From Hypanus sabinus (lineage: Eukaryota), in NCBI RefSeq assembly GCF_030144855.1, contig NC_082714.1:21886001-21950000 (forward strand): a DNA stretch of 64,000 bases. The letters are read 5' to 3'. The notes beneath the pieces are model-generated. The model was not told where the DNA came from and made no database searches. It worked only from the letters and a program-made list of their open reading frames with translations. This document shows positions 13,101 through 25,100 of this stretch, in pieces (the stretch's first letter is position 1; every line of letters starts with the position of its first letter). The position numbers and the translations under genes are program-made.

Positions 13101-16100
13101 GAAAGGCCATAATTGGAATATGCATAAGAACATGAGAAATAGGAACAGGAGTAGGCCATCCAGCCCATCGAGCCTGCCCCGCTGTTCAGTAAAATTGTGG
13201 CTGATCTGTCCGTAAACTCAGCTTCATCTGCCTGCCTTTTCCCCATAACTCTTAATTCCCTTACTATGTAAAAACGCAACTAATTGTTTCTTAAATATAT
13301 TTAATGAGGATGCCTCAACTGCTTCCCTGGGCGGAGAATTCCATAGATTCACTCGCTGGGGAAAACAGTTTCTCCTCATCTGTGTCCTAAATCATCTCCC
13401 CTGAATCTTGAGGCAATGTCCCCTAGTTCTAATCTCACCTACCAATGGAAACAACTTTCCTACTTCTATCTTATCTATCTCTTTCAAAATTTTGTATGTT
13501 TCTATAAGATTCCCCCCCCCCCCCCCCCACATTCTTCTGAACTCTAGAGAGTATAATCCCAGGCGATTCAATCGCTGTTCATAGGTTAACCCCTTCATCC
13601 CTGGAATCAACCTGCACTGCCCCAAAAGCCAGTATATCCTTCCTCAAGTATGGAGAACAGAACTGTATACTGTACTCCAGGTGTGGCCTCACCAGTACCC
13701 TGTATAGTTGCAGCATGATCTCCGTGCTCTTGAGTTCAATCCCTCTAGCAATGAAGGCCAACATTCTGTTTGCCTTCTTAATAACCTGTTGTACCTGCAA
13801 GCCAACTTTTTCCGATTTATGAACAAGCACTCTTAAGTTCCTCTGCACAACAGCATGCTGCAATCTTTTGCCATTTAAATAATAATCTCCTCTTCTATTA
13901 TTCCTTCCAAAGTGGATGATCTGGCATTTACCAACGTTGTATTCCATCTGCCTGACCTTGGCCCACTCACTTAACCTATTTATCCCACTGCAGACTCTCC
14001 ACATCCTCTGTACAATTTGCTTTTCCACTCAGTGTCATCAGCAAATTTTGCTACGCTACACTCAGTTCCCTCTTCCAAATCATCAATGTAAATGGTAAAC
14101 AGCTGTAGGCCCAGCACTGACCCCTGCGGCACCCCACTCACCACTGACAGCCAACCGGAGAAACACCCATTTATACCAACTCTCTGCCTATTGGTTAACC
14201 AATCCACTATCCATGCCAATACACTTCTTCCTACTCCATGTATCTTATTGTTAAGTCTCTTGTGTGCACCTTATCTTATTTTTCAGATTTCATAATAACC
14301 TGTGAAAGTCAAAACTCATTGATCATTTGGAATTCTTCAATATTAGTAGTATTTTCATGTTAATGTTGTTTTTCTTAAATTGACTGGGTGCAACTGTGCT
14401 GTTTACTATTTTTTCAATAGTCTCAGTTTGATGATGAAGTCTATTCTTACATTAACTGAGTGCATAGAGAAAGTGATGAAAATCATTTCTATATTCAGTT
14501 CACTTAGATGGATGCTGGAAATCTAACATGTCCAAGTCTCCCTGAGATACTGAGATTCTCAAAATTGATACTGTACTATTTGGTCTATCAGGCACACACC
14601 AACTCTGCAGAGGAAACTGTATTTAGAGTATTTTATTCATTTGCCTCTCAATACTGGGACTTTGTGCTGTAGCTGATTACCTTTGAGTTAATTTTTAAAA
14701 ATCCAGCACATTGAGTTAGTATTAAAACTCCAAATGGATGAGACAAAGTACATCAGTGGATGGTCTGGGCCAAGTTGATTTACAAATTGTCTGGAAGTGT
14801 GACTTTTCACAATCCATGCCACTTAAGGTAATGTTTAGCAGTTTTCTGGATTATTGGTGTGCGCCTTCATTTTAAGCTAATTATTTTTTAGGTATCTGCA
14901 CTTACCTCATCAGAAGATAAAAACAAACATATTTCATCTGAAGACAAAAGACAAACTTCATCTGCAGCAGAAATTTCAGAACATAATACAAGGAAAAGGG
15001 GTCGACCACCCAAAGAAGAAAAGGTTAGTGTTAGGTAGATAAATTAAATATTTTCAATGGGCGGGGGTGGGTTTTTTATGGTTTGACTTTGCTTTTTCCA
15101 TGTGTTAAACCCAATGACCATGACCACCATTGCATCCACAGACAAAAACAGAATGTGAGCAGATAACTGCAGTTCACAAAACTTACACTGTATCATGCAG
15201 TCTAGTTAGATGAAGAAAATAAATTCACTTTTGTCAATTTTGGACGTGTATAGAGTCGTAGAAAACTGCAACACAGAAAAAGTAACATAGGCCCATCTAG
15301 TCTGTGCCAAACCATTTAAACTGGCTAGTCCCAAGGACCTGCATACCCCTCCCATCCGTGTATTTATCCAAACTTCTCTTGAACGTTGAAATCACAGCCA
15401 TCGCTGGCAACTTGTTCCACACTCACCACTCTGAGTGAAGATATTTCCCTTTGTGTTCCCCTTAAACATTTCGCCATTCATCCTTGACCTATGATATCTA
15501 GATGTAGTCTCACCCAACCTTAGTGGAAAAAGCTTGCTTGCACTTACCACATCTATACCTCATAATTTTGTATACCGCTATCAAATCTCCTCAATCTCCT
15601 ATGTTTTAGGGAATAAAGTTCTAACTTATTCAATCTTTCCTTATAATTTAGGTCCTCCAGTCTGTGCAACATCCTTGTACATTTTCTCCATACTCTTTCA
15701 AAAATCTTATTGACATCTTTCCTGTGGGGCACACAATGCTCCAAATTGTGCCCCACCAATGTCTTATACAACTTCAACATAACATCACAACTCCTGTACT
15801 CAATACTTTGATTTATGAAAGCCAATGTCCAAAAAGTTTTTTTTTATGACCCTATCAACCAGTGATGCCACTTTCACTGAATTATGGACCTGTATTCCCA
15901 GATCCCTTTTTTCTACCTCTCTGCTCAATGCTCTACAGCTCACTGTGTACCCTGGTTGGTCCTCCAAAATGCAACACCTCTCACTTGTCTGCATTAAATT
16001 CCATCTGCTGTTTTTCCAGCTGGTCAGATCCTGCTGTAATGGTCTTCCTCCCTGTCTACTACACCCTTAATCTTTGGTGTTAATCTGCAAATTTGCTGAT

Positions 16101-19100
16101 CCAGTTAACCACATTATCATCCAGATCACTGATATAGATGACAAGCAACATTGGACCCAGCGCTGATCGTTGCGATACTAGTCACAGGCCAGTCAGAGCA
16201 GCAACCACCTACTAGAATTCTTGCTTCTCCCCCAAAGCCAAAGTCTAATCCAATTTACTACTTCTTCTTGAATGCCAAGTGACTGAACCTTCTTGACCAA
16301 TCTCCCACAGATGCAAAAATTTCATTTAAGATCTCTCCCATCTCTTGACTCCATGCATAAATTACCATTCTGGTCTTCCATAGGACTAATTTTGTCCTTT
16401 GCAATCCTTTTGCTCTTAACATATATCTGTAGAAGCCCCTAGGATTCTATTGCACCTTGTCTGCTTGAGCAACCCCATCCCTTTTAACCCTCCTGATTTC
16501 TTAAGTGTTTTCTTGCGTTTCTTATATTCCAGGTATCTCATTTTTTTTCTTGCCTGCCAAATCCTGCTATGCACCTCCTTTTGTTTCTTAACCAGGGCCT
16601 CAGTATCTCTTGAAAACCAAGGTTTCTTAAACCTGTTATCCTTACCTTTTATACTGTCTGCACATGCAAGCTTGGTACTCTCAATATTTCACGTTTGAAG
16701 ACTTCCCACTTACCAAGCCACCTTTGCTAGAAAACAGCATGTACCAGTCCATACTTGCTAGATCCTTTCTGCTGCTATCAGAATTGGCCTGTCTCCAGTT
16801 TAGAATCACAATCTGACAGTCAAACCTACCCTTTTCCGTAATTACCTTGAAACAAATGGCAAAGTGTTCCCCCACACAAACTTCTGTCACCTACCCTGTC
16901 TTGTTCCCTAATAGATCAAGTCTCGTACACTGTCTTGTTGGGACTTCTGCATAGTGATTAAGGAAACTTTTTGGATCATATTTGACAATCTCATCTACTT
17001 TTTATCGTATGAAAGTCCCAGTCAATATATGTTTATAACATGCTCCTGTTTATAATGTGTGTATTTGTGATATTTTGTTTGAAATGCAGGATGCTTTTCC
17101 TGAGCCCTCCACAGTAAAGAGATTGGATGCAAGTCCAGTTGCAAGCTACAAATGGAAGGTGAGATGCAAACTTCTCTTTAAATTTGGTTACACTCTGTAG
17201 GTTTGTCACTTTACCGCTAATGGTTTTATTTGGTTGATTTATCTTTTGATATCCTACAAACAATCAAGTTGGAAACACATCAGTTTGCTGCAGTATACCT
17301 GGGGAATGGTGATTCTGATATTTAAGTTGTAGCTTTGGAATCTGCAGGATTGGAACAGAGGATTATGGCTCTGGAATGTCACTTTTCTGTGTTATTTTTG
17401 GAGAAAATTCGCACCGTTCTTTACGTCAGACTATTGCTCTTTCAATAGATACTGTGGCCTTGAAAGCAGTAAATTTCTCACTGAAATGTACAGCGAAAGA
17501 AGTAGTGATTGTGTCCATGCCAGCCAAAAACGTATTTGAGACTAATTCCATTATGCAGCTCTGAGTTGTTGATTCTCATCCTATTAATTTCAGTTTATGT
17601 CCCTAGTCTTTGGCTTCCAGAAATAGAAATAAGTTCTTCCGGATCTTAGTATAAATCTCCCATCTTCATTTACAAATCACAAATACTCTAGATAATCTTG
17701 CTCTAACTAAACTTCTCAAATCCATTTTAAAGCTTCCTTGAATCTTCTCCAGCTGTGCTGCCACGGAAGTTCATCTGTGTATTGTGCTTGTTTCATAATA
17801 ACATGAGTTCATGACGTTAACCAATGAGTCTGCAGCAGAACCAGTGAAGATTGGTGTCAATCAAGACCCCATCATTGCCTCAACATTTCTTTCAAAATTT
17901 CTGGTTGTAGTGTTGTACCTTGTATCCAAAAAACTGCAGCGCTGGAGCAGATCTCCAGAACTAATGGTAAACTGTTTGCCCTATAGCAACTACATTCCAG
18001 AACCAAAATTATGGTTATGGAATTGCAGTGTGTAGATGATACTTATTGAACACACTTGAATTCAGTGTCTACAAGACAAAAGATTTTGTTGGACTATTTT
18101 GCCCTCTCAATAAAGATTGATGGCAAGGGCTAGGTAAAAGTGTAGCACTTGATATGCTCAAGCCCCTTTTTGGCAAAGATAGACATTGATGACACACACA
18201 GTACACTGCAGATGCTGTGGTCAAAGCAACGTGTACAACATGCTGGAGGAATTCAGCAGGTCAGGCTGCATCTGTGGAAATGAGCAGTCAACGTTTCAGG
18301 CCGAGACCCTTTGTCAGGACTGAAGAGGGAGGGGGCAGGGGCCCTATAAAGAAGGTGGGGGGAGGGTGGGAAGGAGAAGGCTGGTAGGTGCCGGTGAAAA
18401 ACCAATCAGAGGAAAGATCAAGGGGTGGGGGAGGGGAGGCAGGGAGGGGATAGGCAGGAAAAGTGAAGGAATGAAAGGGAAAAGCACTATGTGTAGTAGA
18501 AGAAGGCAGAATCATGAGAGAGGTGATAGGCAACTGGGGGAGGAGGTAGAGTGAAACTGGGATGGGGGAAGGGAGAGGGAGCCCCCTCCCTCTTCAGTCC
18601 TGACGAAGGGACTTGGCCTGAAACGTTGACTGCTTGTTTCCACGGATACTGCCCGACCTGCTGAGTTCCTCCAGCGTGTTGTACGTGTTGCTAGATATTA
18701 ATGATGAAGCTTGCCACTGTTTTCAAATTACTTGCATAGCCTTTAGCCATTTGAGGAGAGGGTATTTGAAGATTAAGACCTCAAACCTGATATTGAACTC
18801 ATGGCCTACTGGGCAGCAGGGATTTCTTCTCTGTTTTTCCTGAGATTTGGATTATTGGCAGCCGGCATGTCGGCATGGGCAGGGGGAAGATGGAGAATTA
18901 TGGGAAATAAAAGAGAAAGGAAGGTAGGGCTGGGGGGAGAGATTATAGTGAGGGGGGAAAAGAGAAAGAAAGAGACCCAGACTAAAATAATAGATAGGGA
19001 TGGGGGTAAGGGTGGGGGGCAGGGGTATCAACGGAGGTCAGTGAGTTGGATGTTCCCTAGGTACAATACCTTATCTCCTGCCTAGGTAGCTTCCTTCCTG

Positions 19101-22100
19101 CCGGCATGAACATCCAACTCACCGACCTCCACCTTCTCCCAGCCCACTTCCCTCCAGCCAATCACTTCCCAGCTCTCTGCTTTATCCCTCCCCCCTCGAC
19201 CATCCCATGTTACTTCACTCCTAATGAAGGGTTTCGGCCTGAAGCATCGTCATTACCTCCTCCCATAGATGCTGTCTGGCCTGCTGAGTTCTGCCAGCAT
19301 TTTGTGTTTTTTATGGTTTGTTTTTTGTTGTATTTTGTTCTTAAAACTATCAATTGTCTTGAATTTGAGAAGGCATTTTAATTTAGATAGTTGAGAATAA
19401 ACAAGTTGGGGAGTGCAGAACCGAATTACTGTGGAGTCTAGAAAATTTGGGAAAGGTTACTGCATGGGAATGTGTCCACAATTCAAAGGCTTTTCAAGTT
19501 CCTAATAGTTGAATGTGCAACACTGAAGAGAATGTTTGGATCAGTGTAGTATTTATTCATGCTAGAACAGTTGTCTTTCATGAGCCAAGTTGCTTTCTAT
19601 GTAAAAAAATTTAATTTTATGTTTAAGTATGCAAAATACCATATGTATCATTTACTTTGTATAATTTAGAGCTGTATATGTAACAATTTCTACTTATGGC
19701 ACATGCCTAGGTATTTTAGTTCAATGATTAATTTACAGATTATTTTCATCAAGATCTTCTAACATGATTGATGCTTGTTGCCACAAATGTAAAAAGTTCA
19801 TTGTGAATTACTGTGCCAGGTGCATTATACAGTGGAATAGTTATTTGTATGTCTGCTGCAGAAGAGTGGAATAATGAAAAATGAATTGAGTTTAAAATTT
19901 CCTTGGGAGTACGTGGATTACTGAGAAAGCAACATGCTTATGGACTGTATAAAATGTTGCAAGTCGCAGGATGCGTGGCCGATTGTTTTGTAATTTCTCA
20001 TGGTTGTACAAAACAGCTTCATTGGTGATCTTGTAACTTCTATTGCAAAATGGTTTACTTGTTGAGTCTTGTGTAGGTTAATTTGCCCAATGCACATGCA
20101 ATAATTTGTCTGTTCTGTCGTTCCTTCATTCATTGTCTAATTTGAACATATCCAGGGAAGCCATGCAGAGACAGCTGAAATCTCCCACTGTACAGTTGTT
20201 ATATCATAAATTCAGGTATATGTGGCCTTAATTCTAAGGTTACATACCATGGATGGGCATTTTCTTGACCAATATACAGGGATTCCAGTTAATTGGACCA
20301 TCAGTTAATTGGGGCTGCAATTTATTTGGGACACTATACTGCTTAATTAGGACAAAAGACTGACACAAAACAATTTCTAACTAGCATCAGCCACATGCAT
20401 TGGAGCACTACATCATGCTTGGAGCAAACAATTTTTAAATAGTATCAGTTGTGTGTGTTTGTGTTCAAAAGCAATGATTTTTGTTATTGGCAGTTTGTGA
20501 GAAATAGACAATTCAGAATTGTTTTGCTCTCTGTGATTTCAAGCATTCTGGCTTGGAGATGCCAGAAATAGCCAGGAGTGAAAATGAAATCATTTCACTA
20601 CTTCAACAAGTAAGGAAATACAAAAAGATTGAAGGTATCAACAATCATCTTGAATGTTACAATGCAAATAAAGATTTGAAAGATGCAGTAGTCAGAAGTA
20701 TTGTTTGAAAGCTGTCCATTATCCACTGGGTATCTGCTCTGATTTCCTTCATTTAGTCAATCAAAAGAACATGGCAGCATATACTGGATATGTTCTTGAG
20801 TTGATAACTATTTGGAACTAATACATAGTTTTACGGTATTGTAGGTATTGGTAGTGTTTTAATTTGTTCTGTATTTTATTTACATAATTTTTATTCAGTT
20901 AAGTGGTAGCTTGTCTTTTATACCTTTTTAACTATTTCCATAAAACCGGCTAATTGGGACTACTGCTTATTTGGGCCATAATGTGCTCGTCCTGATGTGT
21001 TCCAGTTAACTAGAATCCATTCTACAGTTAATTATTGGTTATTGACCAGTCCACTTTCTTCCAGAGGACTCCATGTATCACTTCCCTTGTCTGTATTTGA
21101 AACAAGAAATCTCCCAAATTCACAAAGGAGAAAATCTGCTGATGTGGTGTGCCTCCTCCTTCCCTTTCTTCCATGGCCTTCTTTTCTCTCTTATCAAGTT
21201 CCCTCTTCTCCAGCCCTTTATCTCTTTCATCTATCAGCTTCCAAGCTTCTTACTTCACCCCTCCCCCTCTTCCAGTTTCACCTATCACCTTCTACCTTGT
21301 ACTTCTTCCTTACTCTGACCTCTTTTTTCCCCCAGCCTTGATTAAGGGTCTCAGCCAGAAACATCAACTGTTTACTCTTCTTCATAGATGCTGCCTGGCC
21401 TACTGAGTTCCTCCAGCATTTTGTGTGTATTAGTCTCTCAATATTATCCTTGTATTATTTGTTAATTTCTGAGTTCTTAATACTGCCATAAAACCTACAG
21501 TGGTGCATGTTTACTTTCTTTAAATACACTAATTCAAAGGCAATAGACTGCTCATCTTGAGTTTTGTTACTTCGATTACACAAATCGAATCTACCTTATT
21601 CGGTTGGACAGGGAATTTGTTCTGCTGTGACATGCTTCATAACAGCTACCTCAAGTTAAAAAAATGCCATTGTATTTTCTCCAACCTCTTGATGAGTTTC
21701 TTCCGCTTATCAACTTCTCAACTAAAATTAGCAGATGGTACTGGTCTGATTTTCCTGTCCCATTGTAATGATCAAGCACACACTTTGGAGAAGTTAGACA
21801 CATTCAAACTTGCTAATTAACCCTGATTAGTACTTCCCAACTGACAAAACTTGCTGTTTTTTCAATAATCCTTTTCCAGTCTTGGATACTGTACATGCAT
21901 GACACTGCTTGTCATCTCTCTTCTCTCCCAGTAAATCTTCTGACTCCCTTCTTCAATATGCATTATCTTCAGGTATTCACTCAATGTGACTTGCCTGAAT
22001 GGTATTTACTGCTTTATAATTACAGTCACTTTGGTCATTTGGCAATGCATTTGATTCCACTCAGTGCTTTATCCAATGAAGGGGTAAGCTTGTAATCTCA

Positions 22101-25100
22101 TTCCACACAATATGATATGCCTTTAAGTGTGAAGTGTTGCATTTTGGGAAGGTAAGTGAGGGAAGGACCTTCATTGAATGTACAGTCCTGGGGTGGTTTA
22201 CAGAACAGGGTTCCCTGAAGTTGGTGCTGCAGATAGATGGTGGAAGCAGTTTTTGGCATGTTGGCTTACACCAGTCAGGGCAATTGAGTATAGAAATTGA
22301 GACGTTATCTTGCAGATATGTGAGGTGTTGGTGAGGCCTTAATTGAAATACTATATTCAGGTTTGGTCACCCTGCTAAAGGAATGATGCCATTAAGCTGG
22401 AAAAAGTGCAGACAGGGTTTATAAGGATGTTGCTAGGACAGAAGTTACGGAGGGTGGTTGAGCAGGTTTGAAGTTTTTTCATTGCAGTTTCAGTTTAAGT
22501 GGGCATTGCAGAGATGTATGAAATAGGGTGAAATTGCAGTCTTGTACTAAGGATTGAAGAATCAAGAACTAGATGGCACAGGTTTGAAGGTGTGTGTGTG
22601 TGTGTGAGAAAGGGAGAGAAAGTGATTTACTAGGAACTGGAGGGGCAAATTTTTGACTGATGGTGTTCATTATCTGGAATGAGCTGTCATAGGAAGTAGT
22701 TGAGGCAGATACATTAACAACATTTAGAAGTTACTTAGACAGGTTCATGGATTGAAAAGGTTTAGACATATGTAGGCCAAACTGAGACAAAAACTTACAA
22801 ACAAGGGAAAATCTGTAGATGCTAGAAGAACTCAGCAGGCCAGGCAGCATCTGTGGAAAAGGTACAGTTGACATTTCAGGCTGAAACCTTTCGGTAGGGT
22901 TGGAGGAAAAAAAGCTGAGGAGTAGATTTGAAAGGTGCGGGGAGGGGAGAGAGAAACTTGAAGGAGGAGGGCATCTTGGTTGGAATGGACTAGTTGGGAC
23001 CTCTTTTACCAAGCATGCAGCAAAGCAAGTCATCAGGTTGATTCTCTGAGGCTTCCACTTACTCTGTTCTTCAATGAATGCCATTGCAACCTGGAAAGAT
23101 ACTTTGGGGCATCTTTTTGTTTCTGATCTTACCTGCCAACAACTAACTCCCAGAGATTCTCAAAAATGCATTTTCTGTTTCATTTATTACTTTGTCTCTG
23201 CTTCTGGTCCTGAAGTATGTAACAAATGTTGCTGCTTCAATAGCAATGTCTTTTAGTTATTTCAAACCCTTCTTCATATTTCTTAATCAGCATTCTAGCC
23301 TAATTGTTTCAAGCACATAATTTGTTAGCAGATTCCTGGAAGATTTATTGTAGGTATCCTGTCCCAGAGTGTCTGTTTGCTTTCAACACACCCTAGTCCC
23401 ACAGTCTAAATTAATGCTTTGCAAGTTTTAAACAAGTTGTTTAAGCACATTGTTTACTTCACATTATTTTTGACTTGACTGACTTTTATAGTTTGCTTAT
23501 TGGTCTTGTATGACTTTAGTGTACAATTAATATTACATTTGCTTTAAGGATCTTTGCAATGCTATTCCATTGCTGTGGCAATTTTAAAACACCAGGACAG
23601 ATCATGTATCAATGTATTTTTTTCATTTAAAACTGTTTACTTGTTTAAGCTGTCTCTTGCAAATTCCCAGAATAACTGTGCTGGCCCATCAAACCCAGTT
23701 CCCATATGACTTCCACTTCTTGTGTTTGTTTTCTTCCTAGAGATTATAATGATAATCATGCTTAACTGTATTATGTGTCTCTTTGAACTAGATGTTAAAT
23801 CATTTGAATCCAAGGAGAAAGTTCCATGTTTACTTCTGGTTGCCACCATTTTCTCATGTTTCCAATAACTGAGCTAGGCATTAGTATTAGTCTAAGTAAT
23901 TCTACCCCCTGCAACTTTTGGCATCATGCTTGACTAAATGAATTTTTATATAGTTCTGCATCATATTCATAATTAACATCAACAAATGTTTATTAGATAT
24001 CTAGCAGGAATATAGCCCTTTCTGGTTCACATGTTCAATTAATTAATTTTTCAATTTGTGCTATAAACAATATACATATAAAGTGTCAATGGCAAAAATG
24101 GACCGAGATTTAGTGCTCCATTTCAAACATTTCACCTATTTCTCATTTGCTGCCAACTGCCTCAGTCCGCTATCCTTCTGTATGGCTTTGTTTTGTCTTA
24201 AATATGCACATGTACTTTTGTTTTGTTTAATATTTAGTTTCTCCGTGGTTCTTATTGGTGTCCATTTGATTTGAGCAGTTAGCCTGATTAAGCATTTCAT
24301 GATACGTTGTTGTATGTTGTCTGATGCCCCCTTTCATTTCAGAATCATCATCCATTTCCATTGTTTGATATATTTCTTAGTCAATTATATTTCCATACTT
24401 ACTGCAGTAACCTGTTATATGTTGTCCGATATCAGCCTAGTTTTTGTTTCAGGTAATCTTCAAAAGGACCAAGTCCAGAAATCTTGGCTGTTTTTGCCAT
24501 GTTTCAGGATGTGGACAGGCCATCAAAAGCTGCTCTTAAAAATAATAGGCATCCATTAGTCTCGTGAGACCATGGATTTGCGCCTTGGAAGGTTTTAGAA
24601 TGGTCATAAACAAGAATATAAATTTTTGAAAAAAAGAAAGCACTCATCTACACCTTTCTGATTAATTTAACAAAGCAACTAAAACCTGTTTGTAAGTGTT
24701 CTGGTTATTTTGTCCCATTCAAAAACACTTATGCAGTAATTTTCCATTTGTGATCTGGAATATATCGTTTGAGATTCAGCACTGTTTCTACCAGCACTGG
24801 AAAGTCTCCTTGTATTTCTGCAAGAGTGTTTACTGACACAATCATCTTCGTCTTTGATTATTTAACTCCAAGAAACATCTAAGACATGCCTATGTATGTT
24901 CATTTTTTTCCATTCTTTAAAAAAATATTTTTGGGCTATCGGGGTTTTCAAAGTTCAGATATCAGTCACAGTTTAGCCTGTGGAATTAAATCCATTGGAA
25001 TTAAATGTGTTGTTTTTTTGAGTGCTGTCAAAGTTTGGTTATTCCCTTACATTTGTACATTTCTCTTTGCTATTTCTGAAGCGAGATGCAAGTGACCCCA

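Noticed and set aside
13392-14219. RT-like ORFs as functional genes
   Set aside because: Frameshifted, truncated CR1 ORF2 fragments. The same applies to the Rex1, RTE and Tc1 ORFs elsewhere in the window.
24452-24559. Acceptor-like tttttgtttcag with a short open frame in GLYR1 intron 6
   Set aside because: No similarity to GLYR1; exons 6 and 7 already join in frame; no clear donor.
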